Shown here piece after piece: positions 27,002-36,652 of a DNA stretch of 49,013 bases. Under the pieces are notes generated by a model. It searched no databases. It worked only from the letters and a program-made list of their open reading frames with translations, and was not told where the DNA came from. A program made the translations under genes and the position numbers. The stretch comes from Bacillota bacterium (lineage in GTDB: Bacteria; Bacillota_I; Bacilli_A; RFN20; CAG-826). Location: NCBI GenBank assembly GCA_036822315.1, contig DAISHV010000001.1, positions 1 through 49,013 on the forward strand. The letters are read 5' to 3'. Within the stretch, counting starts at the first letter, position 1, and every line of letters begins with the position of its first letter.

Positions 27002-30000
27002 GCTTGTGGGGCGAAGAGGATGAATCTTCGCTCTTTTTCTTTTTCCAGAATTCGAAGGGCTTCCGCTCAATACTCAGCCCCATCGCCTGATGCTCCCGCT
27101 TAACTTCGCGAATAAACATGATGGTCTCATAAAGGGCATACATCCCGAAGCCAGCCATCGCTAAAAGCGCGCCTTCTTTGAGATACTTTGTTTGAAAGAA
27201 GAAATGATAAGAGGTTTCACCTTCGGGGGCAACAAAGCCAACGAACCCGCCATCAAGTTTATAAGTTGTTAAATGAGTCGATTTCCCTGCTTTATCCGTG
27301 GCAATCACTCGCCATCCAGCATCATAGCCCAGCGAGGTTACAATCAATTTCTTTTCCGAATAATTACTCGTGCAAGTGAAGTTATCCGTCCAATGTTTCA
27401 CATTTTGGAGGGCATTGTCCTTGATGGTTTGAATCTGAGTGTCATAAGCCGTCTTTTCCATCATGTAAAAACGAACGTAATTCTGGAACATCGTCGAAAT
27501 GCCATTGTCCGAAGGCATCGAGCAGAAAACGATATAGCGAACAAGACCATGGGGATAGAAGCCGAATAAGCCATTGCCGCTTTTATCGCCATTGCCGCCC
27601 GCCCAGTTGTAATTGCGGAGCATCTTGTAGTCGTAGCAAAGAAGCTGATTGGTTTTCGTTACGCCGTTTTCAACCGTGTCGCCAATCATATAAACCCGAG
27701 TGATCGGACCGCTATAAGACATCAAGAAATAAGCACCATTAGGATCCGTATTGAAAGCCTGACCCCAGCCGCTTCTCGGATAGAAGACCATCTTGTCGAA
27801 ATCCGAAAGATAGGTCAGCTGCTTGGTGTCGAGATATGTTGCGGGATCAAAGTTCTCGGTATCCGTCACCGTCGTGGAATCCGTCAAGAACGCAGCCGGT
27901 CCATCTTTGACGGTGAAATAGCCGTAATTTGTCGTGATTTTTTTGCCAAGGCAACTAACAGAACGCAAGCCGCTGACGCTCATGTAATTGGGGAGACCAT
28001 CATTGACCGTAAAGCCTTCGCTCGTTAAGGCATCAACATCGTCGTTTTTGATGATAGCTCCGTTGAGAAAAAGACCTTCGTTGCGGATAACCTCATAATC
28101 GCTCGCAGAACTCCGGGAACCGCCATTGGCGAAGAAAGTATCTTCATTGAGTCGGGTGCTGGTTCCGGCTTTATAGAGATAAGTCGAATCCACGGCATGG
28201 CCAATCAGCGAGGTTGTAGCATCACCGACGTTCGGATTGCGATAGACCAAATAGGAATCCTTATTCCGCTCGCCAAGAACGAGTTCGGAACCAAACGGGA
28301 CGTTATCGGCAACGTTGTTCCAATCGTCAGGAGTATAAGGATCCTTCTGGATCACATAGTACTTCATGTTTAACGCCGTATCGGCTCCTAAACGCTTATT
28401 GCCATAATAGGCGGTCCAACTCGCGTCATGATAAACGCCAGAATAAATGGTCTTATCATAACTGTAATTGCTCGTCATATGGGAATAACGGGCTAATTGG
28501 GACACATCGAAGTTATAAAGCGAATGGAAGGTCGAGGTCCCATTGAAATCATAATGGCTTTGACCATTAATCGAATCTTGGGTGTCGAGATAGGAACGAT
28601 AATACGAAGAATCTTCGGAGTTGATTTGGGCAAAATCATTCGTCAGGGTTTGCGCGGTCTCCGTTCCGCCATCAAGGCTGTTTTGAAAAGACCAAGAAGA
28701 GCCATAAGCAAACGAGCAGTTACCCCAAATCAGGACTTCAACCGAAACGAGGCCCAAAAGAACCGCCCAGAAGTTCTTCTTGTGCTGGAAGTAGAACATG
28801 ATGATCCCTTCGAGCAAGACAAGACCAATCTGGAAATAGACCACCCACAGGCACGAGTAAATTACCCCGCCATCTTCGACGTAACCCGGGACGACATAAC
28901 TAGGCTGAACGTAGGTAAAACCATTGCTGGCAAAGGTTTTATCTTTTACCACGATCACGGTCAAAACCCAGGTGAAAATCGTCAAGGTCAACGAAACCAA
29001 AGATCCGACGGGCAAGACCCATTTCGGCTCATCTTTCAACCGGTCAAGTTCTTGAGCGGCGTAATAAATGATGATCGGAATAAGAACGATATACCAACGA
29101 CCGTAACCATCGCCTGTGAAGGCATAGAAGAAGAAATAGGCGAAGTTGGTGAAGAGGAGATAGCAGCAAAGGGCGAAGGCCACAAGATGAGACACTTTCT
29201 TCCGACGAATCGAAGAAACTAATGCCGTGAAGAAGAGAATTAAGAACGGAGTATAGACATAAAGCGAAGAGGTCCAGGAATCGTAGTGATTACTGGTATT
29301 CCCCGTGAGTAAGGGCGACCAAAGATAGTTCACTGTCGGGAAGAAAAAGGCTGTCAGAGGTTGAATTTCTCGGGCATTATTTCCACCAACCTCAGAGAAC
29401 ATCAAGCCGAAGAATGTTTTGACGTCAAAGTTTTTAAAACTGGTTTTGAGCTGAGCTAGATAAAGAGAGCCAATGGATGTCGTTCGTCCCGAAAGGGTGC
29501 TCTGTCTTAAGGACGGGAACAAGGTCCAAGTCGACATCATAATGCCAACGGCAAAGGCGCCGATGCCCACCGCCACCACAAGCCAGTTTTCTTTGGCTTT
29601 GCGGCTCTTCATCGTCCAAAAGAAACGCCATAAAGCATAAATGACGCCCCAAATTGAGGTCACGACCAGGAAAAAGAACGAGGAAATGCCCAAGAAAAAC
29701 AAACCCCAAACGAGGCAAGAGGTCTTTCTTTCTTTGACAACCTTTTCAATGCCAAGAAGGACAAGCGGCATGAAAGCAGCCACCGTCACAAAAGAAGGGT
29801 AACCGACAAAGAAGTTCACGTAACCGCAAAAGGCATAAGCGACTCCTCCAATACGCGCCGTGGTTTCTTGGCAGCCCATATACTTCAGATAGGCCCGCAT
29901 AATCAGGGCTGAAACGCTAACTTTGAAGATCGTGGCAGTCGCGAAAGTCTGAGGAACCCAAGCCCGAGGGAAAATGTAGCAAACGAAAAGAAACGGATCA

Positions 30001-30344
30001 AAAAGACCATAATAGGAGTTCGAGCCAATGTTATCCCCACCTAAGAAGGTGTTGGTGCTATAAAGCTCAAAGTAGCCTGTTTTAAAGAAACCACGCCAAG
30101 TATCCCAATAGTCATAGGCAAATTCGATGTATTGCCACGAATAGTCCCAGCCATAAAGCTGAGTCATGCTGTTGGTGAAAAGCGAATAGCCCATCCAAAG
30201 GGCACCCAAAAGAAATACAAAGCAGAAGAAATAGAAAAGGCTACGCCAGTTAAAAAGCCACGGACTCTTTTTGTGAATTTGCGCCGAAAAAGAATTCGTT
30301 TTTTGCTCTTGCCGTAATTTTGAAAGGGTAGTCGCTTCTGCCAT
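26988..30344 (-). CDS. YfhO-family polytopic membrane protein (putative extracytoplasmic glycosyltransferase) with a large C-terminal extracellular domain
   Basis: 1118 aa. About 13 or more TM segments in the first ~550 aa with a YfhO-like pattern, a long soluble region and a final TM near the C-terminus. Its stop overlaps the rsmI 3' end convergently by 14 nt. Confidence 0.7.
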   Translation of the reverse strand: MAEATTLSKLRQEQKTNSFSAQIHKKSPWLFNWRSLFYFFCFVFLLGALWMGYSLFTNSMTQLYGWDYSWQYIEFAYDYWDTWRGFFKTGYFELYSTNTFLGGDNIGSNSYYGLFDPFLFVCYIFPRAWVPQTFATATIFKVSVSALIMRAYLKYMGCQETTARIGGVAYAFCGYVNFFVGYPSFVTVAAFMPLVLLGIEKVVKERKTSCLVWGLFFLGISSFFFLVVTSIWGVIYALWRFFWTMKSRKAKENWLVVAVGIGAFAVGIMMSTWTLFPSLRQSTLSGRTTSIGSLYLAQLKTSFKNFDVKTFFGLMFSEVGGNNAREIQPLTAFFFPTVNYLWSPLLTGNTSNHYDSWTSSLYVYTPFLILFFTALVSSIRRKKVSHLVAFALCCYLLFTNFAYFFFYAFTGDGYGRWYIVLIPIIIYYAAQELDRLKDEPKWVLPVGSLVSLTLTIFTWVLTVIVVKDKTFASNGFTYVQPSYVVPGYVEDGGVIYSCLWVVYFQIGLVLLEGIIMFYFQHKKNFWAVLLGLVSVEVLIWGNCSFAYGSSWSFQNSLDGGTETAQTLTNDFAQINSEDSSYYRSYLDTQDSINGQSHYDFNGTSTFHSLYNFDVSQLARYSHMTSNYSYDKTIYSGVYHDASWTAYYGNKRLGADTALNMKYYVIQKDPYTPDDWNNVADNVPFGSELVLGERNKDSYLVYRNPNVGDATTSLIGHAVDSTYLYKAGTSTRLNEDTFFANGGSRSSASDYEVIRNEGLFLNGAIIKNDDVDALTSEGFTVNDGLPNYMSVSGLRSVSCLGKKITTNYGYFTVKDGPAAFLTDSTTVTDTENFDPATYLDTKQLTYLSDFDKMVFYPRSGWGQAFNTDPNGAYFLMSYSGPITRVYMIGDTVENGVTKTNQLLCYDYKMLRNYNWAGGNGDKSGNGLFGFYPHGLVRYIVFCSMPSDNGISTMFQNYVRFYMMEKTAYDTQIQTIKDNALQNVKHWTDNFTCTSNYSEKKLIVTSLGYDAGWRVIATDKAGKSTHLTTYKLDGGFVGFVAPEGETSYHFFFQTKYLKEGALLAMAGFGMYALYETIMFIREVKREHQAMGLSIERKPFEFWKKKKSEDSSSSPHKPNGP

Positions 30345-30352
30345 GGAGTTCC

Positions 30353-31222
30353 TTATTTAGCGCCTTTTTGCAAATTCGGAGCGGCATCTGCGGAGTTTTC
30401 TGATCCGACAGGTTTAGCGTCAGTTACGATGCCGACAACATCGTTGCACGGAAAGGAGAAGGCGATGCCTTGCCCTTTCGTGTTGATGCCGACTTCTTTA
30501 TAAATCGACTCGATGACTTTGTCTTTAATCGCGTGGGGAACAAGAATCATCACGATTTGCTTTTCCGGAGTAATCACAACGCCAAAGAACTTGGCGATGT
30601 CTTTGTTGCCTGTACCATGGGCGGTCAAAATCGTTCCGCCGCGAGCGCCTGCCTTTTTCGCCGCATCCATAACCAAGTCGGTGAAACCATCGTTGACGAT
30701 GGCCATGATGACTTCGTAATTATCTTTCTTGTCAATCGCTTCCACAGTATTGACTCCTTTCCCCTCGTTTAGGGTTCGTGTATTCGTCAGAAATTTATAA
30801 GCCGAAACTCCACAGACAGAATCCAAATCGATGAGAACGGCGAGGCCTTTAGCAAATTCGGAAATCGCAAATCTTCCTTTAATCTGCTCCTTAATCGCAG
30901 GCCAGGCAGATTCTTTAATTATAGAGAAAATAACGTGTTTACTGTTATTGCTTAATCCAAATACTTCATAAAGATCGCTGGACGCGGTACCTTTACCATG
31001 CGAAGAAAATGCTACCGATGTGTTATTATCCATCAATATTTTCACGATGGCAGAATCTTGTCCTTCGTTAACGATGGTAATTAAAAATTGCAGCCGCTCC
31101 AAGGCGTGAGTTTCCTCATAAGAAGGCTTCGCAGGGGGCTCTTCAGGTTTAACTTCATCCTTCGGAATCACCACCGGGACTTCCATCGTGCTGGTTTTGC
31201 TTTTCTTAATGAAGAGCTTCAT
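30353..31222 (-). CDS. Tandem PII-like (GlnB-fold) signal-transduction protein, two domains fused
   Basis: Two roughly 100-aa PII-like units (LQFLITIVNEGQDSAIVKIL...HGKGTAS and YEVIMAIVNDGFTDLVMDAAKKAGARGGTILTAHGTG...GQGIAFSFP). ATGA overlap with the upstream DUF1538 gene. Confidence 0.7.
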   Translation of the reverse strand: MKLFIKKSKTSTMEVPVVIPKDEVKPEEPPAKPSYEETHALERLQFLITIVNEGQDSAIVKILMDNNTSVAFSSHGKGTASSDLYEVFGLSNNSKHVIFSIIKESAWPAIKEQIKGRFAISEFAKGLAVLIDLDSVCGVSAYKFLTNTRTLNEGKGVNTVEAIDKKDNYEVIMAIVNDGFTDLVMDAAKKAGARGGTILTAHGTGNKDIAKFFGVVITPEKQIVMILVPHAIKDKVIESIYKEVGINTKGQGIAFSFPCNDVVGIVTDAKPVGSENSADAAPNLQKGAK

Positions 31223-32850
31223 TTACTGACCTCCGCAAAATGAATGACTTGCAAATCGTCTGGCTCGATAAATTGTTTTTGGACCCGGCGCAGAATAAGA
31301 CTCCGTTTGACTTGAGCGTATAAGCCCATGAGTTGAATGACAATTAACGGCATCATGGCAATCATGCTGACACAGCCGAATGCATCCGAATAAACTGCCG
31401 TATCATTCCCCGGGTGGGAAGCATAAGCAAAACCAATCGCAAAGGGCATAACAAAGGTTGAAGCCATCGGTCCTGAAGCCACGCCGCCGGAATCAAAGGC
31501 GATTGAGGTATAGATTTTTGGAACGAGGAAGGTCAAAGCCAAAGCAATCGTGTAGCCCGGAACCATGTACCAAAGAATGCTGAAACCGTAATAAGCACGA
31601 ACGATGGCTAAAGCGACACCGGCCCCAATCGAAATAGCCATGATGAACAGGACCTGTTTGGATTTGATCGTTCCTTCGGAAAGAGTTTCAATTTGCTGAA
31701 CCAAAACGTGAACAGCCGGTTCGGCCAAAACGCCAAAGAGAGCGAAAAGACCACCAACGACAATGGCAATCGGGAAGAATTCGGGATGGCCTGTCGTTCC
31801 ACCTAAGGCGCTGCCGAGCTCTTGGGCGATGGGAAGGAAGCCAATTTGAACAGCGCTTAAGAAAACGACCAAGCCGACATAGGCGTAAATCAAACCAACG
31901 ATAATACGGAGAACTTGTTTCCAAGACATCCGAACGAAAATCCAATTGTAGATGAGGAAGAAACCCGCCAAAGGGGCGATAGCAATCGCGACATTTGTAA
32001 GTTCGGAAAGTATGACTCCAGAAGCAATTTCACCATAGACAGGCCAAAAATCAGCCCAAGAATTAATGCCGATAAGTTGACTAAGCTGCCAAGGATAAAC
32101 CAGCTTATCAACAGGCAAAAATAACGACATGATCATCACGGTGATAATCGGGCCGACCGAGGCCAAAGCAGTTAAGCCGAAAGCATCTTCGCCCGAACGA
32201 CCATTGCCACTTTTCGAAGCAGCTAAGCCAGCGCCAAAAGCCAGAATAAAGGGGACGGTGACTGGCCCAGTGGTAACGCCACCACTATCGAAGGCGATCG
32301 GCAAGAATAAGCCTTTCCCGCTTTCGCTCATTAAACCCGCTAAGGCAAACACCATGGCATAGAAAGCCAGGAACATCACGTTCAGGTTTTGATTGAGAAG
32401 AATCCGTAGAACTCCAAAAACCACAAACAGTCCGACCCCTAGGCCAACGAAAACGATCAATTGGGTCGGATCCATATGGATCTGATCCGCCATAACTTTC
32501 AAATCAGGCTCAGCGACAGTAACGAGAACGCCAAGGATAAAAGTCATGAGGATGATCAACCAAATCTTCCGTTTTTTAAATAAAGTCTCGCCAACAATCG
32601 TGCCAATTCGCGTCATCGATAAATCCGCACCGGCGGTGAACAAAGAAAGACCAAGACCAATAACGAAAGCCGACATCAAGAAGGCAAGATAAACCTGAAG
32701 CGAAAAAGAAGGGTCGATTTTGACGAAATAGAGAACGGTGACGACCAAAACAATCGGGAGAACGCTTAAATAATTCTCGCCGATATGCTTAAAAACCGCG
32801 TGACTAGCGTTTCTGCGGTTTTGCTTTTGCTGAGCGTTCAACTTGGCCAT
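31219..32850 (-). CDS. DUF1538-family membrane protein, two DUF1538 modules fused
   Basis: Both halves carry the pattern GLxLFxxGA...(V/L)AEP(D/A)(L/V) (TVAEPDLKVM and VLAEPAVHVL). Start set at MAKLNAQQ (GGAGAGGAG SD) rather than ORF-track 32949. Confidence 0.7.
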   Translation of the reverse strand: MAKLNAQQKQNRRNASHAVFKHIGENYLSVLPIVLVVTVLYFVKIDPSFSLQVYLAFLMSAFVIGLGLSLFTAGADLSMTRIGTIVGETLFKKRKIWLIILMTFILGVLVTVAEPDLKVMADQIHMDPTQLIVFVGLGVGLFVVFGVLRILLNQNLNVMFLAFYAMVFALAGLMSESGKGLFLPIAFDSGGVTTGPVTVPFILAFGAGLAASKSGNGRSGEDAFGLTALASVGPIITVMIMSLFLPVDKLVYPWQLSQLIGINSWADFWPVYGEIASGVILSELTNVAIAIAPLAGFFLIYNWIFVRMSWKQVLRIIVGLIYAYVGLVVFLSAVQIGFLPIAQELGSALGGTTGHPEFFPIAIVVGGLFALFGVLAEPAVHVLVQQIETLSEGTIKSKQVLFIMAISIGAGVALAIVRAYYGFSILWYMVPGYTIALALTFLVPKIYTSIAFDSGGVASGPMASTFVMPFAIGFAYASHPGNDTAVYSDAFGCVSMIAMMPLIVIQLMGLYAQVKRSLILRRVQKQFIEPDDLQVIHFAEVSK

Positions 32851-33808
32851 GATCGTTTCTCCTCTCCGCTTTTTTATCTTGATCGGACATAAAAAACATC
32901 TTTTTGAATTCAGGGGGCATCGGGGCATTGAGTTGATAGACTTTGCCATTCAAAGGGTTAGTAAAATCGAGCTCATAGGCATGAAGACCTAAACGTTTAA
33001 TCGGGTTCGAAGGTTCACCATAGCGATCATCGCCAATGACGTAGTGACCAATGTTGCCTAATTGAACTCGAATTTGGTTCTTTCGCCCAGTTTCCAGATG
33101 GACATCAAGCAAAGAATATCCGGCTTTTGCAGAGATTTTCTTATATTTTGTGATGGCGAGCTTGCCTTTAGACGGATTGCGCACCACATAAACTTGAAAG
33201 GTGGAATCCTGAGCGAGGTAGTCTTTGAGAACGCCTTCGTCGGGGATATCCATCCCCTCAACGATGGCGTAATAGCCACGGCAAGAAACAATCTCGGACC
33301 AATTGTTTTGAAGGGCTTCGCGAACTTCAAAATTCTTGGCGAATACCAAAACGCCCGAAGTGTCTTCGTCGAGACGGTGGACGATAAAGATTCGATTATT
33401 GCGATCTTTTTGAGTGAGATAATCGCTGACCAAACGATAGGCAGTCCGACCTTTTTCGCGGTCAGAAGGCGTCGAAAGAAGGCCTGAAGGTTTGTTGATC
33501 GCAATGATATCGTCATCTTCGTAAATTATCGGCAAATCATGCCTTTCATGCTTGCTGATGCGATCCCAAGAAATCGTTACCTCATCTTCGGGAAATAAAC
33601 GGTAGGAAAACAACGAAACCGGGGCTCCTCCGACGGCGACTTGATGGTTGGCAATAATGCGCTGGACGTTATGGCGGCTTTGCTTCGGGATTTTCTCACA
33701 GCAAAAAGTTAATAAATCTGTTTCGTGATAAACGACGTAGGTTTTGGTGCGGTTCGGATCGATGAGTCCTTTTTTGCCTCGGCGGGCTTTGACGTCGTTC
33801 TTGTTCAT
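32804..33808 (-). CDS. rluD: RluA/RluD-family 23S rRNA pseudouridine synthase
   Basis: S4-like N-terminus, catalytic HRLDEDTSGVLVFAK, GRKNQIRVQL. The basic C-terminal tail overlaps the DUF1538 start by 47 nt. Confidence 0.85.
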   Translation of the reverse strand: MNKNDVKARRGKKGLIDPNRTKTYVVYHETDLLTFCCEKIPKQSRHNVQRIIANHQVAVGGAPVSLFSYRLFPEDEVTISWDRISKHERHDLPIIYEDDDIIAINKPSGLLSTPSDREKGRTAYRLVSDYLTQKDRNNRIFIVHRLDEDTSGVLVFAKNFEVREALQNNWSEIVSCRGYYAIVEGMDIPDEGVLKDYLAQDSTFQVYVVRNPSKGKLAITKYKKISAKAGYSLLDVHLETGRKNQIRVQLGNIGHYVIGDDRYGEPSNPIKRLGLHAYELDFTNPLNGKVYQLNAPMPPEFKKMFFMSDQDKKAERRNDHGQVERSAKAKPQKR

Positions 33809-33831
33809 TTGCCCTTAATCTTATCAAAGTC

Positions 33832-34689
33832 TTACTTTGATAGATACGTTTTTAATTGGGGAAGGGCTTCCAAAGCGTCATTTCGTCCCATACTCATCAA
33901 ATCTGTAAGGATTTTTTTATCCGTTTCCGAATGTTTGACCTTTGGAGCGCGCGAAGGATAAATCACGAAGATTTTTCCTTCGTCCGCTAACCGATCCAAA
34001 GAATCCATTTGGCTATTATAAATATCGACGCTGTTTTCATACACCTTAAGAAAATTCGGGTAATCTTTGTACATGTGATTAACCAAGGAAAGTTGGCTCT
34101 TTTTGATGTGAGTTTTACGAAAGCCTTTTTCGCGGGTCGCCAGCACAACAATCTTTTCGTAGCCTTCTTCGCTCGCCTTATTGAAGCCGATGGGGCAAAC
34201 AACTCCGCCATCGAGATAAGGAATTCCACCGAACATCACCGGATATGTCGTCAGAGGTAACGCGCCTGATGCGGCAACAGCATCAGGAAGAAAATGAGGC
34301 TCACTTTTCTCGATATAGGCAACCTCGCCTGTGAGAGCGTTAGTTGAAACCACATAGAATTTGCAGGGATTTTGAGCAAAAACGTCGAATGAAAAGGGAA
34401 TCTCATTATGACCGATTTCATTAACGAGATGCTCATAGTTAAACATCGTTCTTTTTTTAGAAAAAATATCGAAGGGACGGAAAAAGATTTTGTCATCGCA
34501 CATGAAAAGAGTCTGCTCGATTGCGCGATGAGGCTGTTTGGCAACATAGTTGCACGCCATCAGTCCGCCGCAAGAAGTCCCAATAACAAAATCAGCCCAA
34601 AGATCGTTCTCCATCAAGACTTCGATAGGCCCAGCACAGTACGTGCCGCGCGAACCACCGCCTTGAAGGCAAAGAGCGAATTTAGGCAT
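33832..34689 (-). CDS. Patatin-like phospholipase
   Basis: Oxyanion GGGSRG, nucleophile elbow GTSCGG (GxSxG), catalytic DGG (YLDGGV). No signal peptide. Confidence 0.85.
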   Translation of the reverse strand: MPKFALCLQGGGSRGTYCAGPIEVLMENDLWADFVIGTSCGGLMACNYVAKQPHRAIEQTLFMCDDKIFFRPFDIFSKKRTMFNYEHLVNEIGHNEIPFSFDVFAQNPCKFYVVSTNALTGEVAYIEKSEPHFLPDAVAASGALPLTTYPVMFGGIPYLDGGVVCPIGFNKASEEGYEKIVVLATREKGFRKTHIKKSQLSLVNHMYKDYPNFLKVYENSVDIYNSQMDSLDRLADEGKIFVIYPSRAPKVKHSETDKKILTDLMSMGRNDALEALPQLKTYLSK

Positions 34690-36640
34690 TTAACGTCCTC
34701 CTGAAGTCATCAGCGACAATATCCCGGAGACGATAGGCATCCCTCGAGATTTCTTTGAGATAAGAATACTGCGTTTTTTCGGAAACGTAAGAAATAACCA
34801 TCACATGATAGGTTTGGGTACTAACGAAATCGTTAAAGGTCGAATAAGTGGCCAGACTAGAATTGGCCTTCAAGGAAGTAACTTGATCACCGGTACAAGA
34901 GCAGAAGACGTTATCGTTATCAAATGGCAAAGCGGCATAGACTTGTCCATAGGTGATATCCCCGGCGGGAATGCTGGCACGAACCCCACCATAATTGATG
35001 ACAGCCAAGGCCAAGGCGCTATCCCATTTACTATTACAATAATATTCATACATGCACTGGACAGAATAATTCGCGAGAGTTGACTCATCAAGAAGACTCG
35101 TTGTATGACCAACCACTTCATTCTTTATGGCGGAATTTTTGCCATCATAATAACCAAAGACACCTAAACTCATCGGCTCTTCGTCTAAAGCGGATAACGT
35201 AGAAAAGGCAACCGTGGAGTAGGAATCAAAAACGAATTTCCCATCAACGAGAGAGAAACGAACGTGTTGAAAGTCAGATCCGTTCGCATAAGTCTGAACG
35301 TGAGGGATGTTAAAAGAATCCGTTGTTTTGTAGTTCGAATGGCTATGCCCCTCGAATACCGCATCGATGTTGTGGCAATAGGTGGTATCGAAACTTCCGT
35401 TATGAATTGAAAGAACAACTAAACTGCAGTCTTCCTCTTGCCGAAGACGATCGGCCTCTTGTCTAACAAGATCGGCATAATCGGAACGGAAACTAAAGCC
35501 GCCTAAGGAAGAAACAGCAATTGAACCTTCAAGTTTTCCAATCGCTCCAATGACCCCAATTTTATAGCCACCCCTCACCACCACTTTCGAAGGTTGCGCC
35601 CAACTTGGACGAAGCCCTTGGGGATCGACAATATTGATTCCGAGGAAGGGGAAGTTGGCCAAAGCCGCATTTTCTACGATGTGGGTATAGCCCCAGTCAA
35701 ATTCGTGGTTGCCAATCGCCATCGATTCGAAGCCGGCAATGTTCATCCAATTAACCATCAACTGCCCATAGGTCAAATTGCTATCCGCGCTTCCTTGCCA
35801 CATATCGCCGGAACTTAGGAAAACCGTACTTTCGGGATCAGCTCTTTCGCTCGTCAAAGCGAAAGTCGAAAGCCGGGTAATGCCCGCCTCATAACTCGAT
35901 GCGGTTTCCACCGCCGCCCCATGGGTATCGTTGATCGTATAAAAATCGAGATTTTGAATTTGAGAATTTGCCGAATGATCCAAGGGAATCCCAGTCAGTT
36001 TAATTGAGGTCAAAACAAAGGTTCCCACCGGGGCATAAAGAGAAAAATAAGTATGATCAGAAGCACCTGGGAAAGTGAAAGTAAGAGCCCCCGTCATTTC
36101 ATAAGCGCCATTTTCTGGCGAAGTAATCGGAAAAGAGGAAGCCCGAGCCGTCAAATAGCCAAAATCGCTTGCCCGAAGATACTCCACAGTAATTGTCGAA
36201 AAAGAAAGACCATAGGGAATATTGTTGGTTAGATAACCGCCTTGCTTTAAAGTAAACCACCCTTTCGAAGAAGCTTCACAATTCGTAATAGAAAACGAAA
36301 GATTTCCCGAGGTGAAAGAACCATTCCCATCAGCAAAAGAGATAGGATTTGCAGAGTTTATTGCGATTTCAGTTCGATAATCCAAAGGTTCGGACGAAGA
36401 AGAAGACGTCGAAGAAGATGAGATCGACGACGAGGAGGACGAAGAAGAGATAACGTTGGAGGAGGAAGAACTGGAAGAAGCCGAAGAAGATGAAAAAAGA
36501 GATGAAGAATCTTGAGAAGAACTATTTTTTGCCGAAGATGAAAAGGAGGACGAAGAAGAAACGCCCCCTAAAACACAAGAGCTGAGAAAGAGCGGGAAGA
36601 TAAGAATCAAGAAATGTCTTTTTGAACTCATTGGATTCAT
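34682..36640 (-). CDS. Lipoprotein: Ser-rich linker, unknown domain, then 5'-nucleotidase / calcineurin-like metallophosphoesterase
   Basis: Lipobox FLSSC. Metallophosphatase motifs TINDTHG, SSGDMWQGS, GNHEFD, GHSHS. 5'-nucleotidase C-terminal substrate domain (YGGVRASIPAGDITYGQVYAALPFDN). Confidence 0.85.
   Translation of the reverse strand: MNPMSSKRHFLILIFPLFLSSCVLGGVSSSSSFSSSAKNSSSQDSSSLFSSSSASSSSSSSNVISSSSSSSSISSSSTSSSSSEPLDYRTEIAINSANPISFADGNGSFTSGNLSFSITNCEASSKGWFTLKQGGYLTNNIPYGLSFSTITVEYLRASDFGYLTARASSFPITSPENGAYEMTGALTFTFPGASDHTYFSLYAPVGTFVLTSIKLTGIPLDHSANSQIQNLDFYTINDTHGAAVETASSYEAGITRLSTFALTSERADPESTVFLSSGDMWQGSADSNLTYGQLMVNWMNIAGFESMAIGNHEFDWGYTHIVENAALANFPFLGINIVDPQGLRPSWAQPSKVVVRGGYKIGVIGAIGKLEGSIAVSSLGGFSFRSDYADLVRQEADRLRQEEDCSLVVLSIHNGSFDTTYCHNIDAVFEGHSHSNYKTTDSFNIPHVQTYANGSDFQHVRFSLVDGKFVFDSYSTVAFSTLSALDEEPMSLGVFGYYDGKNSAIKNEVVGHTTSLLDESTLANYSVQCMYEYYCNSKWDSALALAVINYGGVRASIPAGDITYGQVYAALPFDNDNVFCSCTGDQVTSLKANSSLATYSTFNDFVSTQTYHVMVISYVSEKTQYSYLKEISRDAYRLRDIVADDFRRTLNA
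36385..36565 (-). repeat. Low-complexity coding repeat encoding a ~60-aa poly-serine linker
   Basis: Plus strand is dominated by gaagaaga/ggaggagga triplet repeats. Protein reads SSSSSFSSSAKNSSSQDSSSLFSSSSASSSSSSSNVISSSSSSSSISSSSTSSSSS. Confidence 0.9.
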
Positions 36641-36652
36641 TATACGAGATTA

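Noticed and set aside
28497-29222. A 241-aa plus-strand ORF inside the yfhO-family gene. Similar antisense or alternate-frame ORFs occur at 416-811, 6146-6577, 21853-22299, 33058-33516 and 41134-41667.
   Set aside because: All sit within better-supported genes on the other strand or in another frame. Their products are Arg/Gly/Phe-rich low-complexity strings without motifs, starts with an SD, or independent termination signals.
33832-34689. Patatin-like phospholipase considered as an effector of a CBASS-like anti-phage system.
   Set aside because: No cyclase, nucleotidyltransferase, E1/E2, SAVED or other sensor gene is adjacent. The neighbours are rluD and a nucleotidase lipoprotein within a long housekeeping-type operon.
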